The notes below the pieces were generated by a model. The model saw nothing but the letters and a program-made list of their open reading frames with translations, made no database searches and was not told the origin of the DNA. This document shows positions 25,350-37,975 of a stretch of DNA of 63,368 nucleotides, piece after piece. The position numbers and the translations under genes are program-made. How positions within the stretch are numbered: position 1 is the stretch's first letter; each line of letters begins with the position of its first letter. The DNA is from Octopus bimaculoides (lineage: Eukaryota): positions 120,189,460 through 120,252,827 of the forward strand of contig NC_068983.1 in assembly GCF_001194135.2 (NCBI RefSeq), in the 5' to 3' direction.

Positions 25350-27897
25350 GTATATTTGCTGATAGTTTTCTTTGTGCTAATAAATATGTTTGGAGATTTT
25401 CTAACTTGATGTTCACCATAAACCTAGTTTAACATTTGTCCATCCATCTTAACATAGTCTAAGTGTCTACATGAAGTCAGTTTAATTATCTTTTGTTTGT
25501 TTCTTTCATTTTATCTAATTTTTTTGCCATATGAAGAGGATTGGCCTGCAACAGTCCTGTGCTGGTGCCACATAAAAAGCACTCGTGCTGGTGCCATACA
25601 GAAGTGCTTGTGCTGGTGCTACGTTAAAAGCACCCAGCACACACACTGTAAAGTGGTTGGCATTAGGAAGGGCATCCAGCTGTAGAAACCAAGCCAAATC
25701 AGACTGGAGCCTGGTGCAACTCCTCCAGTTTGTCAGTTCTGGTCAAACCGTCCAATCCATGCCAGTATGGAAAATGGACATTAAAGAATGATAATAATGA
25801 TGATGATGTTCATTTTTAAGTCATTCTAATTTGTTAATATGGATAGTTGCCAGGGTTGGTAGGCTAATGAGGGTCTGATTTGCTATAAAATTGAATGGCT
25901 CCACTCAGAATACTGATCTCTCTTTTGTTCCATGGCACACCAGTACACATATCTTCTGTTTAAAAGAATCAATTATATCCTAAGCTGAGATGAACTGATA
26001 ATAAGTCTGTAAATATAGAAATTGCTATCAGCATGAAGAAACCTATGTCCAAAGTCTATCCACTGTTATAAAAGTTCAGTAGAACTGGCAGATAAGTTCT
26101 GGTGTGTCTGTGTTGTAATCAGTGCTTGAGATAGAGGAGCTGCTATAGAGTCTTTTCTGATAACAAGATTGACTGTATAATGTGTATCTCAGGTGTCTCA
26201 GGGCATATGTCGGTGAGCCCAGGTGGAGCAAGCATAGAGTTGTGACTGTACAATCTATTGTGGCTCTCTGACTACTTTGTTGATTTTAATTAGAAATATT
26301 TTGTTTACAGATACATACTGTACATAGTCTGAAGTTCAACATATTTGCTAGTGTCATTGTCATCAACTAATGACAGCCATTATAAAACATACAACTCATC
26401 ATTGACAAGCTTCCATTCATTGTACTTATTGGCAAACATAAAACACAGATGAGTTTGATACAGTATTCTGGCTTGTAAATAAAACTAGTGTGTGTATTGA
26501 GTGCTTTGTATCTCTGAAATTTCTTCCTTAAAGTATTATGCAGTAATCTAATGGATGCACTACTTGGGTCCATTATATAACTCCAAATATATAACTGGAA
26601 TCCTTTGATGTTCATTTTCCTAAATGTCTTATGGTGTAACACCACCACTTGGTCCTTGGGTACTTTTAATGGCATTTATTCTGTTGAAAACGTTTAGGCT
26701 AGGTTTTCAGTTTGGGGATGCATTTCCCCTTCCTCCCATCAGTTTTTGCTGCCTTGTAAAAGGTCAGAAGCACTGCCCTTCCCTCCTACTAAACAATAAA
26801 AAACAAAACAAAACAAAGGTTGAAGACACTTCACTATAGAGTCTGTTCAAACATGTTTCTTACATTGAAGACATTTTTTCTCAAGAATAGGATGTTACAC
26901 ATTATAGAGCAACAGTGAGATTAAAAATAATCCCCATTAGCATGAATATTAGTTAATGATGTTTCATGGCCACTGGCATATATGTCATGAAAGTTTACAT
27001 TATCATCAACAGAGAAGGTTATCTGTTGATCATTTCCTTGTAACGTTGCTTCTAATGACCAAGTTGACATCCTTGCTCAAAATAACTAGCATTCTTTTCC
27101 ACGTTTTATCTGGGAAAAGGCTTTCCAAATCAATGAGCTGTATCAACAAAGAAGTAACAAGAGAGACATACAAATATTCTATTTTATGTTTAAATTCGAT
27201 TGGTTACACAGTCTAATCATTATATAATATTTCACTCAGTTTTCATCTGTTATATTCTTCCTGATATTTCAAATGTGTGTGTGGGGAGTGTCTATGAACA
27301 ATCTGTTATCTATCATCAGTCAGCAACAAGCATGTGACGTTTGGAGGTTGTTTTCCTTTTACTTTGCACAACTGAATAGAGACGACAATAATATCCTAAA
27401 GTGGATGTTTTCTTGGTACAAGAAGGAAGCAGGATTGACACAAGAATTGCATGCTGTCACTAACAATGTAGATTCCTAAATGTCTATTTTAAACTAAGGT
27501 TCTGAGAAGCAACAGCTATAGTTTTTGCCTATGTTTATCTATGTAGATTTCACCTGGAGTTATAAAGAATTATTGTCTGTTCACAAGATGTAATAAGTGT
27601 TTCTGCCTTTCACAAGCTGTACAGGTGAAGTGTTGCCACAGAACAGACACATAATGGACACTGTTGTTGTGGATTGTGGACAGTGATGTCTGCAAACCAT
27701 TTTCTGTCACTAGAAACAAAAAAAGTTTTGGGTTGTTTTACTTGCTCAAAACTAACCTACCACACTAGGAAAACGAACCTCATACCTTACTTCTCCTTCC
27801 CAGTTTGCCTCTGCATGTATGCATATATGTATTTGTGTATGTGTGTGTGTGTTTGTGTGTATTTTCATGTTCTCTATTGTTCTGTTTTCTATTCTAG

Positions 27898-28003
27898 AGC
27901 CAGTTATGGAAAAGTGAGGGTCCCACAACTGGAGGAAGCTGTTATGGTTTGCTTACAATTGAAACTAAAAATGTTTATTGACTGCAAGAGGAGTGCAGCT
28001 GAG
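27898..28003 (+). CDS. GDE1: GDE1-like exon 3 (106 nt)
   Basis: Acceptor ttttctattctag. Reads (R)ASYGKVRVPQLEEAVMVCLQLKLKMFIDCKRSAAE, the IPTL.E / F.D.K region. Donor GTAATT. Phase matches exons 2 and 4. Confidence 0.9.
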
Positions 28004-28343
28004 GTAATTCTATTGCTTTCTTATTGTGTGGTGTGTATGTGTGTGTGTGCGTGTGCATGTGTATGTGTGTTAGAGTTTGTATGTATATGTGTTTCTGGTG
28101 TCCAGGGTGTCCCTAAAGTCTAGACACAGGCAAAATGTATATTTTCTAGAAATACACATAAAATTTTCAACAACAATTTATTCAATTGGAATATTAACAA
28201 ATAACATCTTCAATATGATTTCCACCATTTGTGATGCAAAAGTTGATGTGCTTTGCAAGATTTATATGAGTCCAATGCAATAACTCCACATAGGGCCAGC
28301 TCAAAGTACCAGCAATGTAACACCCACGGCAGTTGAAGGATAA

Positions 28344-28388
<45 letters not shown>

Positions 28389-28408
28389 TATATGTAGATT
28401 CATATATA

Positions 28409-29186
28409 TTGGGTCATCCCATAAATAATGCGGTTTTTTCAATTGCATGAACTAAAAGTTAGAGGGGTTGGGATAAACTACCTGCATCACCTTACTATAA
28501 AAGCAGGTAGTAATTTTACCTTATACTTATTCTTAGTGCAAGTTTTGAAGAATGCAGTTCGATTTTAACAGTTATTTCTTCAAAGCTATAATGGAAGTGA
28601 CAAGGAACATATTTGACATATTTTGATTTATGAGTTCGACAAAGGCAACAATGCAATGGAAAGTGCAAGGAATATTAATGCAGTATATGGGGATTGAACA
28701 ATAAGCATAAGCCAGTGTCAATGGTGCTTCCAGAAATTCTGAGCTGGAAACTACAGCCTAGAAGATGAGCTTCATCCTTGAAGATCTGTAGAGCTTGATG
28801 AGGATGTCCTGCAAACCCTGTTGGAAAAAAATGCCATTGTAACTATTGAGGAACTAGCAGAAAAGCTTGTATTTGGTCATTCAACTATTCATTGATACCT
28901 GTGTGCCATCGGAAGTCAGCAAATTAGGTCAATGGGTTCCTCACAAACTTTCCAAGTCTAATCGTGTGTAGAGAGTGAATGTGTGCTCTTCTTTGCTGTC
29001 ATGTCTCACGAATGAACCTTTTTTGGACCAAATAGTGACTGGTGATGAGAAATGGGTTCTCTATAAAAATGTCAAACGCTGAAGAGAGTGGGTAGGGGAA
29101 GGAGAAACACCAGCACATCAAGCTAAAGAAGGTCTTCACCCACATAAGGTGTTGTTATCTGTTTGGTGGGATATGAAAGGTTTAGT
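28409..29186 (+). mobile_element. Mariner transposon 5' half (pseudogenised transposase) in GDE1 intron 3
   Basis: TA|TTGGGTCATCCCATAAATAATGCGGTT TIR. ATG at 28591. Frameshifted motifs YEFDKGNNA, GQWVPHKL, IVTGDEKWVLY, KVLLSVWWDMKG. Confidence 0.88.
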
Positions 29187-29395
29187 CACCTACCTGAAGG
29201 GGTGTGTGATATGTTCGCTTACCTGTTTACTAGAACTTTGGTCTTTGCAACATTGACTCTAAGGCCTTTCGATTCTAAACCTTGCTTCCACACCTGAAAT
29301 TTCTTCTCTAGTTTTGGTAGTGATTCTACTATGAGGGCCAGGTCATCAGCATAGAGGAGCTCCCAGGGGCAACCTGTCTTGAATTCCTCTATATA
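29187..29395 (-). mobile_element. RTE RT fragment abutting the mariner
   Basis: EEFKTGCPWELLYADDLALIVESLPKLEKKFQVWKQGLESKGLRVNVAKTKVLV (YADD motif). Confidence 0.9.
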
Positions 29396-29452
29396 TAATT
29401 CATAATTCATTCATGGTTACTTCCTACTAATGATATATTTCTCATGTTACAG

Positions 29453-29545
29453 ACTGTTGTTGTTCTCAGTCAGTTGTTTACCAAGTACCCAAATCTTTAC
29501 AAAGAAGCTATTGTGTGTTCTTTCTACCCCAATATTATCTACAGG
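29453..29545 (+). CDS. GDE1: GDE1-like exon 4 (93 nt)
   Basis: Acceptor catgttacag. Reads TVVVLSQLFTKYPNLYKEAIVCSFYPNIIYR (VCSF.P..IY motif). Donor GTAAGT at 29546. Confidence 0.92.
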
Positions 29546-32500
29546 GTAAGTGTAATACGTTTTTACTCTACAGCTTCCGTTTTCTTCTCTTTCATCTTCC
29601 CATAGTTCTTTTTCCTCCTTCCATTGACTCGGCTGAGAGTCTAAGCATCAAAATTGCATCCCTTCCACTTATTCATCATCTGTATAACATATGGAATATG
29701 TGATAGTTATGTTTGTGTTATACTATTGATTGCAAATAATTTTGGCACAAAGCCAACAATTTTTTTTTGGGGGGGGGGGGTTAAGTCAATTATATTGACC
29801 CCAGTACTTAACTGGTACTTATTTTATTGACCCTGAAAAGATGAAAGGCAAATTCAGACTTGGTGGAACTTGAACTCAGAATGTGAAGGTAGACAAAATG
29901 CTGCTAAGTATTTTGCCCAGCATGCTAGCAATTCTGCCAGCTCACTGCCTTTGTGCTACAATATTATGTGTTGATTAATCTCAGATCAACCTTTTTCTAG
30001 TAAACCTATGAACAGAGGATTTCCAGCTGTTACCATCTCATCCTTATTTTAACTGGCTTATCTAAGGTTATATTTTTCAATGTGCCCTAGCTTTTGCAAG
30101 ACAACTGGATGTGATATAAAGTGAGGGAAATTTGGCTACTATTTGTAGCAGATTGAGCTACTACATAGAGGTTTCCATGTTGTTTCAGATAGTACATGTA
30201 TTGGCTCTACTGTTTTTCTCAACATCTTTTACTCGTAACTGCAATTATTGGCAGATGTATAAATATGTTTTGTCTGTCCTCATTTCCATTCAGTATCTGG
30301 CAAGTTGAGCCAATAAGAGAACCTTTAAATGGTTGCTTGGCCTGTTAGACATAGCGGTGAAATGTCTCTCAAAATCAAACCCTACTATATTAAAGCAAGA
30401 AGGACATGTTGGTCAGTGCAGTTCTATATATGCAAAATATGGGATAGTCAAAGCCGGAATGTTTCTGATCATCTGTCTTCTCAATCAGATCTGACCTGGG
30501 GTTAAACAATAATTGTGCAGTAAACAAGATATCTTGTTAATTTTAGTTAAATACAGGGCAAGTACAGTCTGTGCAATCCAGTCACACTCTTTAGACTTGG
30601 AGTTCTGACTACAGTCGCTCAGTGAGCTAAGATGGTTTTGGTGACCTGCAAGCTGTAGGCTTTACATTGGAGTGGCCTACCCCTAGGTGAATTGACTTAC
30701 ATGGTTGGAGAGCTCCACCTATGCTGTAGGCCTCTGCTCCTTGAGTTGCTAGCAAGGTTGATTCCCATAGTCTTTACCTTTCCCAAGGCAGTGTGGATTT
30801 ATATATATATTATACACATTACACATTACATACACACATATACTTACTACTGGATGGCTGTTGACTCTCATGAGTTCCTCTGCACTTTGACAGTCTTGTT
30901 TTTTGTCCCACGAGGTGTCCAAAAATTACTCTCTTCATCAAGCAAGCCTTGGATGGTTGCTGTTTTAGTTATCAATGACCTGACCACATGACTGATTGTA
31001 CTGGATTACTTGTTGCCTATAGTGCTTGAGAGCAACAGCCTGACCCTATATTGTTAGCATGCCAGGTAAAATGCTTGGTGGCATTTTGTTTGTCTGTATA
31101 TTCTGAGTTTAAATTCTGCTGAGGTTGATTTTGCCTTTTATCTTTTTGGGGTTGATAAAATTGAATACCAGTTGAGCACAGAAGTCAGTGTAATTGACTT
31201 AACCTCATCCTTGAACATGCTGGCCTTGTGTCTAATTTGAAGCCAATACTATGATAAACTTTTGTTAGCCACAGTCACAACAATGATGACAACATCAACA
31301 CCATCAACAGACTTTCAAATGTGAATAAGTAATATAAAACTAAATAAAGTGGATTCAATTCCACTGCATGACACCTTGGACAAGTGTGCTCTGCTATAAC
31401 CGTGGGCTAGCAAAAAGCATTGTAAGTGGATTTGGTTGACAGAAACTGAAAGAAGCCTGTTGTAGTGCGTGCGTNNNNNNNNNNNNNNNNNNNNNNNNNN
31501 NNNNNNNNNNNNNNNNNNNNNNNNNNNNNNNNNNNNNNNNNNNNNNNNNNNNNNNNNNNNNNNNNNNNNNNNNNNNNNNNNNNNNNNNNNNNNNNNNNNN
31601 NNNNNNNNNNNNNNNNNNNNNNNNNNNNNNNNNNNNNNNNNNNNNNNNNNNNNNNNNNNNNNNNNNNNNNNNNNNNNNNNNNNNNNNNNNNNNNNNNNNN
31701 NNNNNNNNNNNNNNNNNNNNNNNNNNNNNNNNNNNNNNNNNNNNNNNNNNNNNNNNNNNNNNNNNNNNNNNNNNNNNNNNNNNNNNNNNNNNNNNNNTGC
31801 GTGCGTGCGTGCGTGCGTGCGTGCGTATTTGTGTTTGTCCCCCCCAAACCACTTGACAACAAGTACTGGTGTGTTTGCTTTCCTGTAACTTAGTGGCTCA
31901 GCAATAAAGACCTATAAAATAAGCACCAGGCTTTAAAAAAAAGTACTGGGGTCTAACCCCAGCCTGGTTGCTGTCTAATGACTGAAACAAATAAAAGATA
32001 TATAAAAGATAAAAGATATATAAATTATAAACAATAAATTAATACTCTGATTTGTTTAGGCATATGTGTATGCATATATAAATGTGGTGCATTTAATTTT
32101 ACTGAATTGTAGCAAAAGGTAGGATTGAAAAGTGGCAAAAGAAAGGAGGTGAAAATTAAAAAGAAACTGAGAAGTGTTGAGTATAGTTGTAAGGCACAAA
32201 TAAGATTGCTCTTACCTCCAGATGCAATTAGTAATAGTATATCCAAACTTTGAGTCACAGGAACTAGCAAAACTCAGGAATCATACTCTCAGATGCACTC
32301 TGCCCAAGCTTCTGGCCAGAAATGACTATTACCCTAAAAGGATTCTCCAAAACATGTCTGTTGCACTCAATGCCCTTTTGAAGAAAAAAAGCTGTTCAAA
32401 GACCCTGCTTTTTGGAGTGACGTCACTTCCCCTCACTTCCAGTCCTCTTCTCCTTATTGCTCCCTTCATTCTTCCACATGCCCTCTCCTGGTCTAAAGAT

Positions 32501-33181
32501 CATTGCTCTTCTATTTCATTTCAAAATCGTCTATCTACCTGGGTGAGTGACATTCCTTTTAGGGCTGGCTTCTCTCTCCTCTTTGTCATCAGAGGAGCTA
32601 ACCACCCTCCAAACATCCAAGATGTGACATGACAAACTGACTTAGATGCTCTCTCAATTAGCTTGTGCCTTATGTATTAGTAACGATGGTGAAATGGCTG
32701 AGTTAATAAGATGTTAGACTACTTCCTCATACATCATGAGTTCAAATCTGTTACATGTGCTTCATTGTGTTTCTGGTGAAAATAACTTTATTTTAGAGTT
32801 AATCTAGTTGTAGATACCATCAGAAAACAAGGCAAATGTTTCCTTTATTTAATCTGCATCCTATCAAAGAAAAGATTTAGCTCTCATCTGTGTAATGTCA
32901 TAAAATTGGGATTAAAAAGGCCTATTCTTAATCTTCTCCAACAGATTAAGAGTCATTTACAATATATGTGTTTATAGAATTGTCATTAATAGCTTTAAAT
33001 CCAGTTTTAGACAGAAAGTTCAAACTCAATTATAAGATATGCATGCATGTGTGTATGCATGCACATATGCACACACATGCATGAGGATAGATTAAGAAGA
33101 CAAATTAACTAAAGGTTTAGAATTTTAAATTTAATTTTTGAGTGTTAGTCATGTTAAAAATTATATATATATATCATAATA

Positions 33182-33717
33182 TGCACCCGTGGAAGAGGTA
33201 GGCCCAGGAAGACCTGGGCTGAGGTGGTGAGGCAAGACCTTCGTACATTGGGCCTCACCGAGGCGATGACTACGGACCGAGACCTTTGGAAATGGGCTGT
33301 GCGTGAGAAGACCCGGCAAGCCAAGTAAGATCGTTGCCAGTGCCCCTGGACTGGTTCTTGTGCGGGTGGCACATGAGATGCACCATTTTGAGCGTGGCCG
33401 TTGCCAGTACCGCCTGACTGGCTCCTGTAGGATTTTCGAGCGAGATCGTTGCCAGTGCCCCTGGACTGGCTTGTGCGGGTGGCACATAAAAGACACCATT
33501 TCGAGCGTGGCCGTTTTCGTGCAGGTGACACGTAAAAGCACCCACTACACTCTCTGAGTGGTTGGCGTTAGGAAGGGCATCCAGCTGTAGAAACTCTGCC
33601 AAATCAGACTGGAGCCTGGTGTTGCCATCCGGTTTCACCAGTCCTCAGTCAAATCGTCCAACCCATGCTAGCATGGAAAGCGGACGTTAAACGATGATGA
33701 TGATGATGATGATGATG
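33182..33717 (+). mobile_element. 5'-truncated RTE LINE (C-terminus, 3'UTR and (GAT)n tail) in GDE1 intron 4
   Basis: CTRGRGRPRKTWAEVVRQDLRTLGLTEAMTTDRDLWKWAVREKTRQAK* (stop 33326-28). Internally duplicated 3'UTR. Ends ...GGACGTTAAACGATGATGATG. Confidence 0.92.
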
Positions 33718-33847
33718 CAGTTTTCATTTATTTTTATTTTTATCATTTCTTTAATATTTTCAGTTTCAACAATTACTTATACATTTAATTTGAACTTTTA
33801 ATTATCATTTAATAAATGTTTGCTATTTGTGTTTCTGTTCCTTTTAG

Positions 33848-34062
33848 GTGAGAAAAGCAGATCCAAATATTTTGACTGCTTTAACTCATAGACACCAAAT
33901 TTATTCTAAATGTTTCATTGATGGTGAGGAGCGACAGAAAACATTCTGGCGGCAGATAATAGCACGACCCATAGACATTATTTTAGAAGTTGGTCAGTAT
34001 ACATTTCTGTGGTATCTCTGCGGTAACTCAGCATTTCTCATGAATAGGGACACATATTCTGG
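33848..34062 (+). CDS. GDE1: GDE1-like exon 5 (215 nt)
   Basis: Acceptor ttccttttag. Reads VRKADPNILTALTHR...LWYLCGNSAFLMNRDTYS(G), matching the TALTHR and LWYLCG.SAFL motifs of GDE1. Donor GTAAGT at 34063, phase 2. Confidence 0.93.
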
Positions 34063-34149
34063 GTAAGTTATATTTTTCTGGACTGCTTTTATTTGTTATC
34101 AACAGCAGTTTGTCTCTCACTTTGAGAGGCCTAACTCTGTCTACACTAT

Positions 34150-34850
34150 ATTCATAGACCATAAGAGAGGTATTCAAAACTGGCCATCCATCCATGGAAA
34201 CTCATAAGTGCTGATGACCTAGTTTACAAATCTAATTCGGTTTAAAGAACTGGAAAAAATTTCTAGACATTCCAATAAATCATCAAATCAAGAAATCTAA
34301 AATTAAATCTGGCAAAGAGAAAAGCAACAAAGAATACAAAATATACAATTGTCTGGAAAGTGGTCATGCTTGATATACAGAAAAGCTGTCAGTAGGATTT
34401 CCATATGGTGTACCTAAGGTAAATGATGAACTGGGATTACAGGCAGAATGACAGTGAAAAAGGATTTTGTAAGTAACAGATACATGGGAGTAGTAAGTAG
34501 TGTGAATTTAAAAGATTCTTTATCCCTAACTGGAAGCTCCATAGACATAGCAAGGTTAGTTAACTCATAGTGAAAACTTTGTAGTGGCCAGAGTAAGAAA
34601 GGGTTGTGGTAAAATTCTGGGATCTGTTACTTCTGATGGTAACTCAAGGATTCTCTATCTGGTTGTATAAGGAAATGTTATATGCTGCTTATGTACAAAA
34701 TGCAATACTGTATGTTAGCAAAATATGAACATAGAATGGAGAGAATTTGTAAAGGCTGGAAAGAAAAGAAGTCAATATGCTTTACTGGATGTGTAGTGCT
34801 AATGAGAATGAATGATGGAACATGTAAATAAATGAAAAAAAGTGGGACAC
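34150..34850 (+). mobile_element. Old degenerate RTE RT/C-terminal remnant
   Basis: Decayed FKTG.PW.L..ADDL and RVR.G..KF..L remnants, collinear with the RTE ORF. Confidence 0.55.
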
Positions 34851-35888
34851 AGTTAGTGTCAAAGATGTGTTCTTCAAGACTTTTTACTGTGTTTCTTCAA
34901 TACAGAAGCTTTTGAAACTTTTGAAGGAAATGTTTAAATAGGAAGTAGAAAAATCAGTAATAACTGTTGTTATTAATATCTGTTTTGCCTACGATATTGA
35001 CATAATGAAAGAACTTTGAGAAGTCTAACAACACATCTTGATACAACTGCTAGAAGGTAAGGAATGGAAATATAGACTGAAGAAAAGCAAAAATAATGGT
35101 AACTATTAAACACAAATAGTAAATCCAACTGAAATACAAGGGAAAGAACTCAAACAAGTTGATGAATTAAATATTTGGGAAGGACCGTACTATAAGTAGT
35201 GGGATCAAGGAAAGAAGTCAAACGCTAGTTGCAGCAATTTAGCAATTATAATGAATTCCCAAAATTTTATTGACTGTTGTTGAGTGAAGATCACTGTCAA
35301 ACTTCATTCAAAACTGTGTTTAAAGTGCAGAACTAAGGTTGTATAAACATCGACTATCCGGTTCCTCACTATTCAATTATAAAATAAAATTACGTGATGA
35401 ATTATATTTTTTTCTTTTAATTAAGTGCAAAGCTTTAGAGTTTTATAGGAAAGAAAATGCAAAGTTGGGACGTTCGAGTATTTACGGAGATTATTTGCTC
35501 GGCAAAGCAGCTGTTATCATTAATTGACACTATAGTATAAAGGAGTTATCTCCCTTGAATTATTTTCATTTGCCTACTACCTTTACTTCCAGTATGCGTA
35601 AACAGCAGGCAAATTGTCATATAGAAATGCATGAATATCACACAATCACTTTTCCCATTTGTGATGTAATATTATGGCATTTAGTCTTCGTAAGAAACCA
35701 GTCTTTTATTGATATTCAGTGATAGTATAGAGACAATTGAAATTCTAAAACATAGCTGGGCTAACTTTCAATAACTATACACGGAAAATGAAACTATTAT
35801 GTATATTTGTGTATGTAAGTACTGTATATGCATGTGCATTTGTGTATGTATATACACATGCATACATGCACACACACACACACACATA

Positions 35889-36346
35889 CAAGGGGTGTTC
35901 ATTAAAGATTTCTCCTGACCCACTTCCCAAAGACTGGGATAAATGAAACTTGGTATAATTTTTAGTCCTTGACTACATAGCCACCATCAATGGTGACACA
36001 CTTCTCCTGTAGTTTTATGCAGCTATGAAGACCTCGTCTGTAGAAGTCCGTTGGTTGCATCTGGAGTCAAGACTTTACCTTGGAAATAATTTCATCATCA
36101 TTCAAAAAAACTTCATGGTTGGAAAGAGGTGGAAGTCAGATGGTGCGAGGTCAGGAGAGTAAGGATTTCATAGCTGCAGGAGTGTGCTTTCATCTGGGTA
36201 ACATCAGCATTGTGAACTGGGGAGTTGTCTTGGAGGAGGCAGACTCCTTTGGTCAGCATGCCATGCCTCCCTGCTTTGATGGCATCCTGCAATTTCTGCA
36301 GCTGAGAAGCATAATATGCTCAATTAATTGTGGTTCCTTTTACCAT
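35889..36346 (-). mobile_element. Mariner (irritans-like) 3' half with terminal repeat
   Basis: TA|CAAGGGGTGTTCATTAAAG end. Minus strand reads AYYASQLQKLQDAIK...LLQDNSPVH...YSPDLAPSDFHLFP...EKCVTIDGGYV. Confidence 0.85.
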
Positions 36347-37590
36347 GCCTTCGTTTGTTCATTCGTACGCCTGTCAGTTTATCTATTAATAAACTTGCTC
36401 ACTCACCCTTTGTCATCTTCTCTCTTTAAGACAAGGAAATATTGCTGTACTGCATTCAAAAGTAAAATAATGCATGTTCTAGATGGTCAAGCAATGTCCT
36501 AGAAAGATCTGTACTGGAAATTTTTGACCACACTAAAATATCCTTGCTTTATTTAGAAATATAAGTTTCCTAATAAATTCTTGCCAACATGGAGCAGTGA
36601 TTAACTTAACTTACTCTGCTAATGTGGGAATCTCTCTGCAATCACCCAACCAGCTAAAATTGCAATGAAATTCCTCTGATTCAAACCATACCATCTTAAA
36701 TAGGATGGACACGTATATACATAAAGACAAGATATTCATATGAGACTATCTTTGAGCATTGGTTTATTGGTCTTCTTTTTTGAGTGCACTATACTGAATG
36801 TCTCCTTGCAGTGAAAATGATTGACTAACATATTTGGGCATTTTTTGAGGACTTCCTAAATCCACCACCATTTACACCAATGGGCTCCAAATGGCTTTCT
36901 TTTTTGTAGATTAGAGGAGCCAGTATTTGAACTCAGGATACACTGAGCTGAAACAAACACAGTTTCTTGGCAAGCAGTTTTTAACATTCTGCCAATCTAC
37001 CATTCCAGGCTGATACTTTTTTCTATTGACTCTGAAAAGATAAAAGGCAAAGTTGACTGGAGCAGGATTTGAACTTGCAACATTGAGAGTTGGAACAAAT
37101 ACTGCAAAGCATTCAATCTGATGACTATCAATTCGACATTGTATATACTAGATATACAAACAATCAAAGAAGCTTCTACATAGCCATGCAACCTGCCAGA
37201 AATACCAACCAAAACTCCCTCAAGTTGCACACTATTATCTTAAAAATGGAAGTACATATGGGATAATATAGTTCTAGAAAGAATGATTAAATGGAGGAAA
37301 GCACTTTGTTTCACATCTGCTGGTCATATGCAGTACAACTGTTATTCAGTGGCAGGTATAGGTTTTAAAGACAAAGTTAGAGTATATTTTGAATGTTTAT
37401 AGTTGTTGTCAATTCTTGATGGTAGAAAAGTGATGGCATTTAATCTGTTAATTATTCATCATCGTTATTGTTGTCATTATCATCATTACCATCTTCATCA
37501 TTATCACTGTTGTCATTGTTGTCCTTCCCATGCTTAAATAACATGCTAAGCAGCAAAATAATTCTAATCTATATTGTTCTTATATTCCAG

Positions 37591-37717
37591 GTTATACCAT
37601 AATTTTTGGAAGAAGCGTGGTGTACGTGTGTTTGTCTGGACAGTTAACGACCCTAATGAAAAGCAATATTTTCTGAAAACAAGACAGTGTAGTGTCATTA
37701 CTGATAGTCTGCTATAA
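37591..37717 (+). CDS. GDE1: GDE1-like exon 6 (terminal, stop TAA 37715-37717)
   Basis: Acceptor tatattccag. Reads (G)LYHNFWKKRGVRVFVWTVNDPNEKQYFLKTRQCSVITDSLL*, with WTVN and ITD motifs. Spliced CDS is 1053 nt = 350 aa plus stop. Confidence 0.93.
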
Positions 37718-37896
37718 CAAACATGCTCTTAGGCAATCATTCATTGATGACATATTGATACTGTATTTGTTTTCTCTATGCATTCACTGCTCATTTGAGC
37801 ATACCACTGAATGTAGTATCAATTGTGTGGACATGGCCACAAGGACTTGTCATTCTATACCAGTATGACATCATGACATTATTTTTAGGACATACA

Positions 37897-37975
37897 AATA
37901 AATCTAGAATGAATTCATTCTAGATTTTCTTTATTTTGATATACCATATTTTTGTGAGCAAAAGATAAAAATAAA
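37897..37975 (+). terminator. Candidate polyadenylation signals of the GDE1-like gene
   Basis: AATAAA at 37897-37902 and 37970-37975, followed by AT-rich sequence. Confidence 0.45.
37900..37927. repeat. Perfect 28-bp palindrome in the GDE1 3'UTR
   Basis: AAATCTAGAATGAATTCATTCTAGATTT. Confidence 0.9.

Noticed and set aside
32222-32632. 136-aa ORF in intron 4
   Set aside because: No splice context or recognisable domain. More likely decayed retroelement sequence.
36080-36502. 140-aa plus-strand ORF
   Set aside because: Antisense shadow of the mariner transposase remnant.
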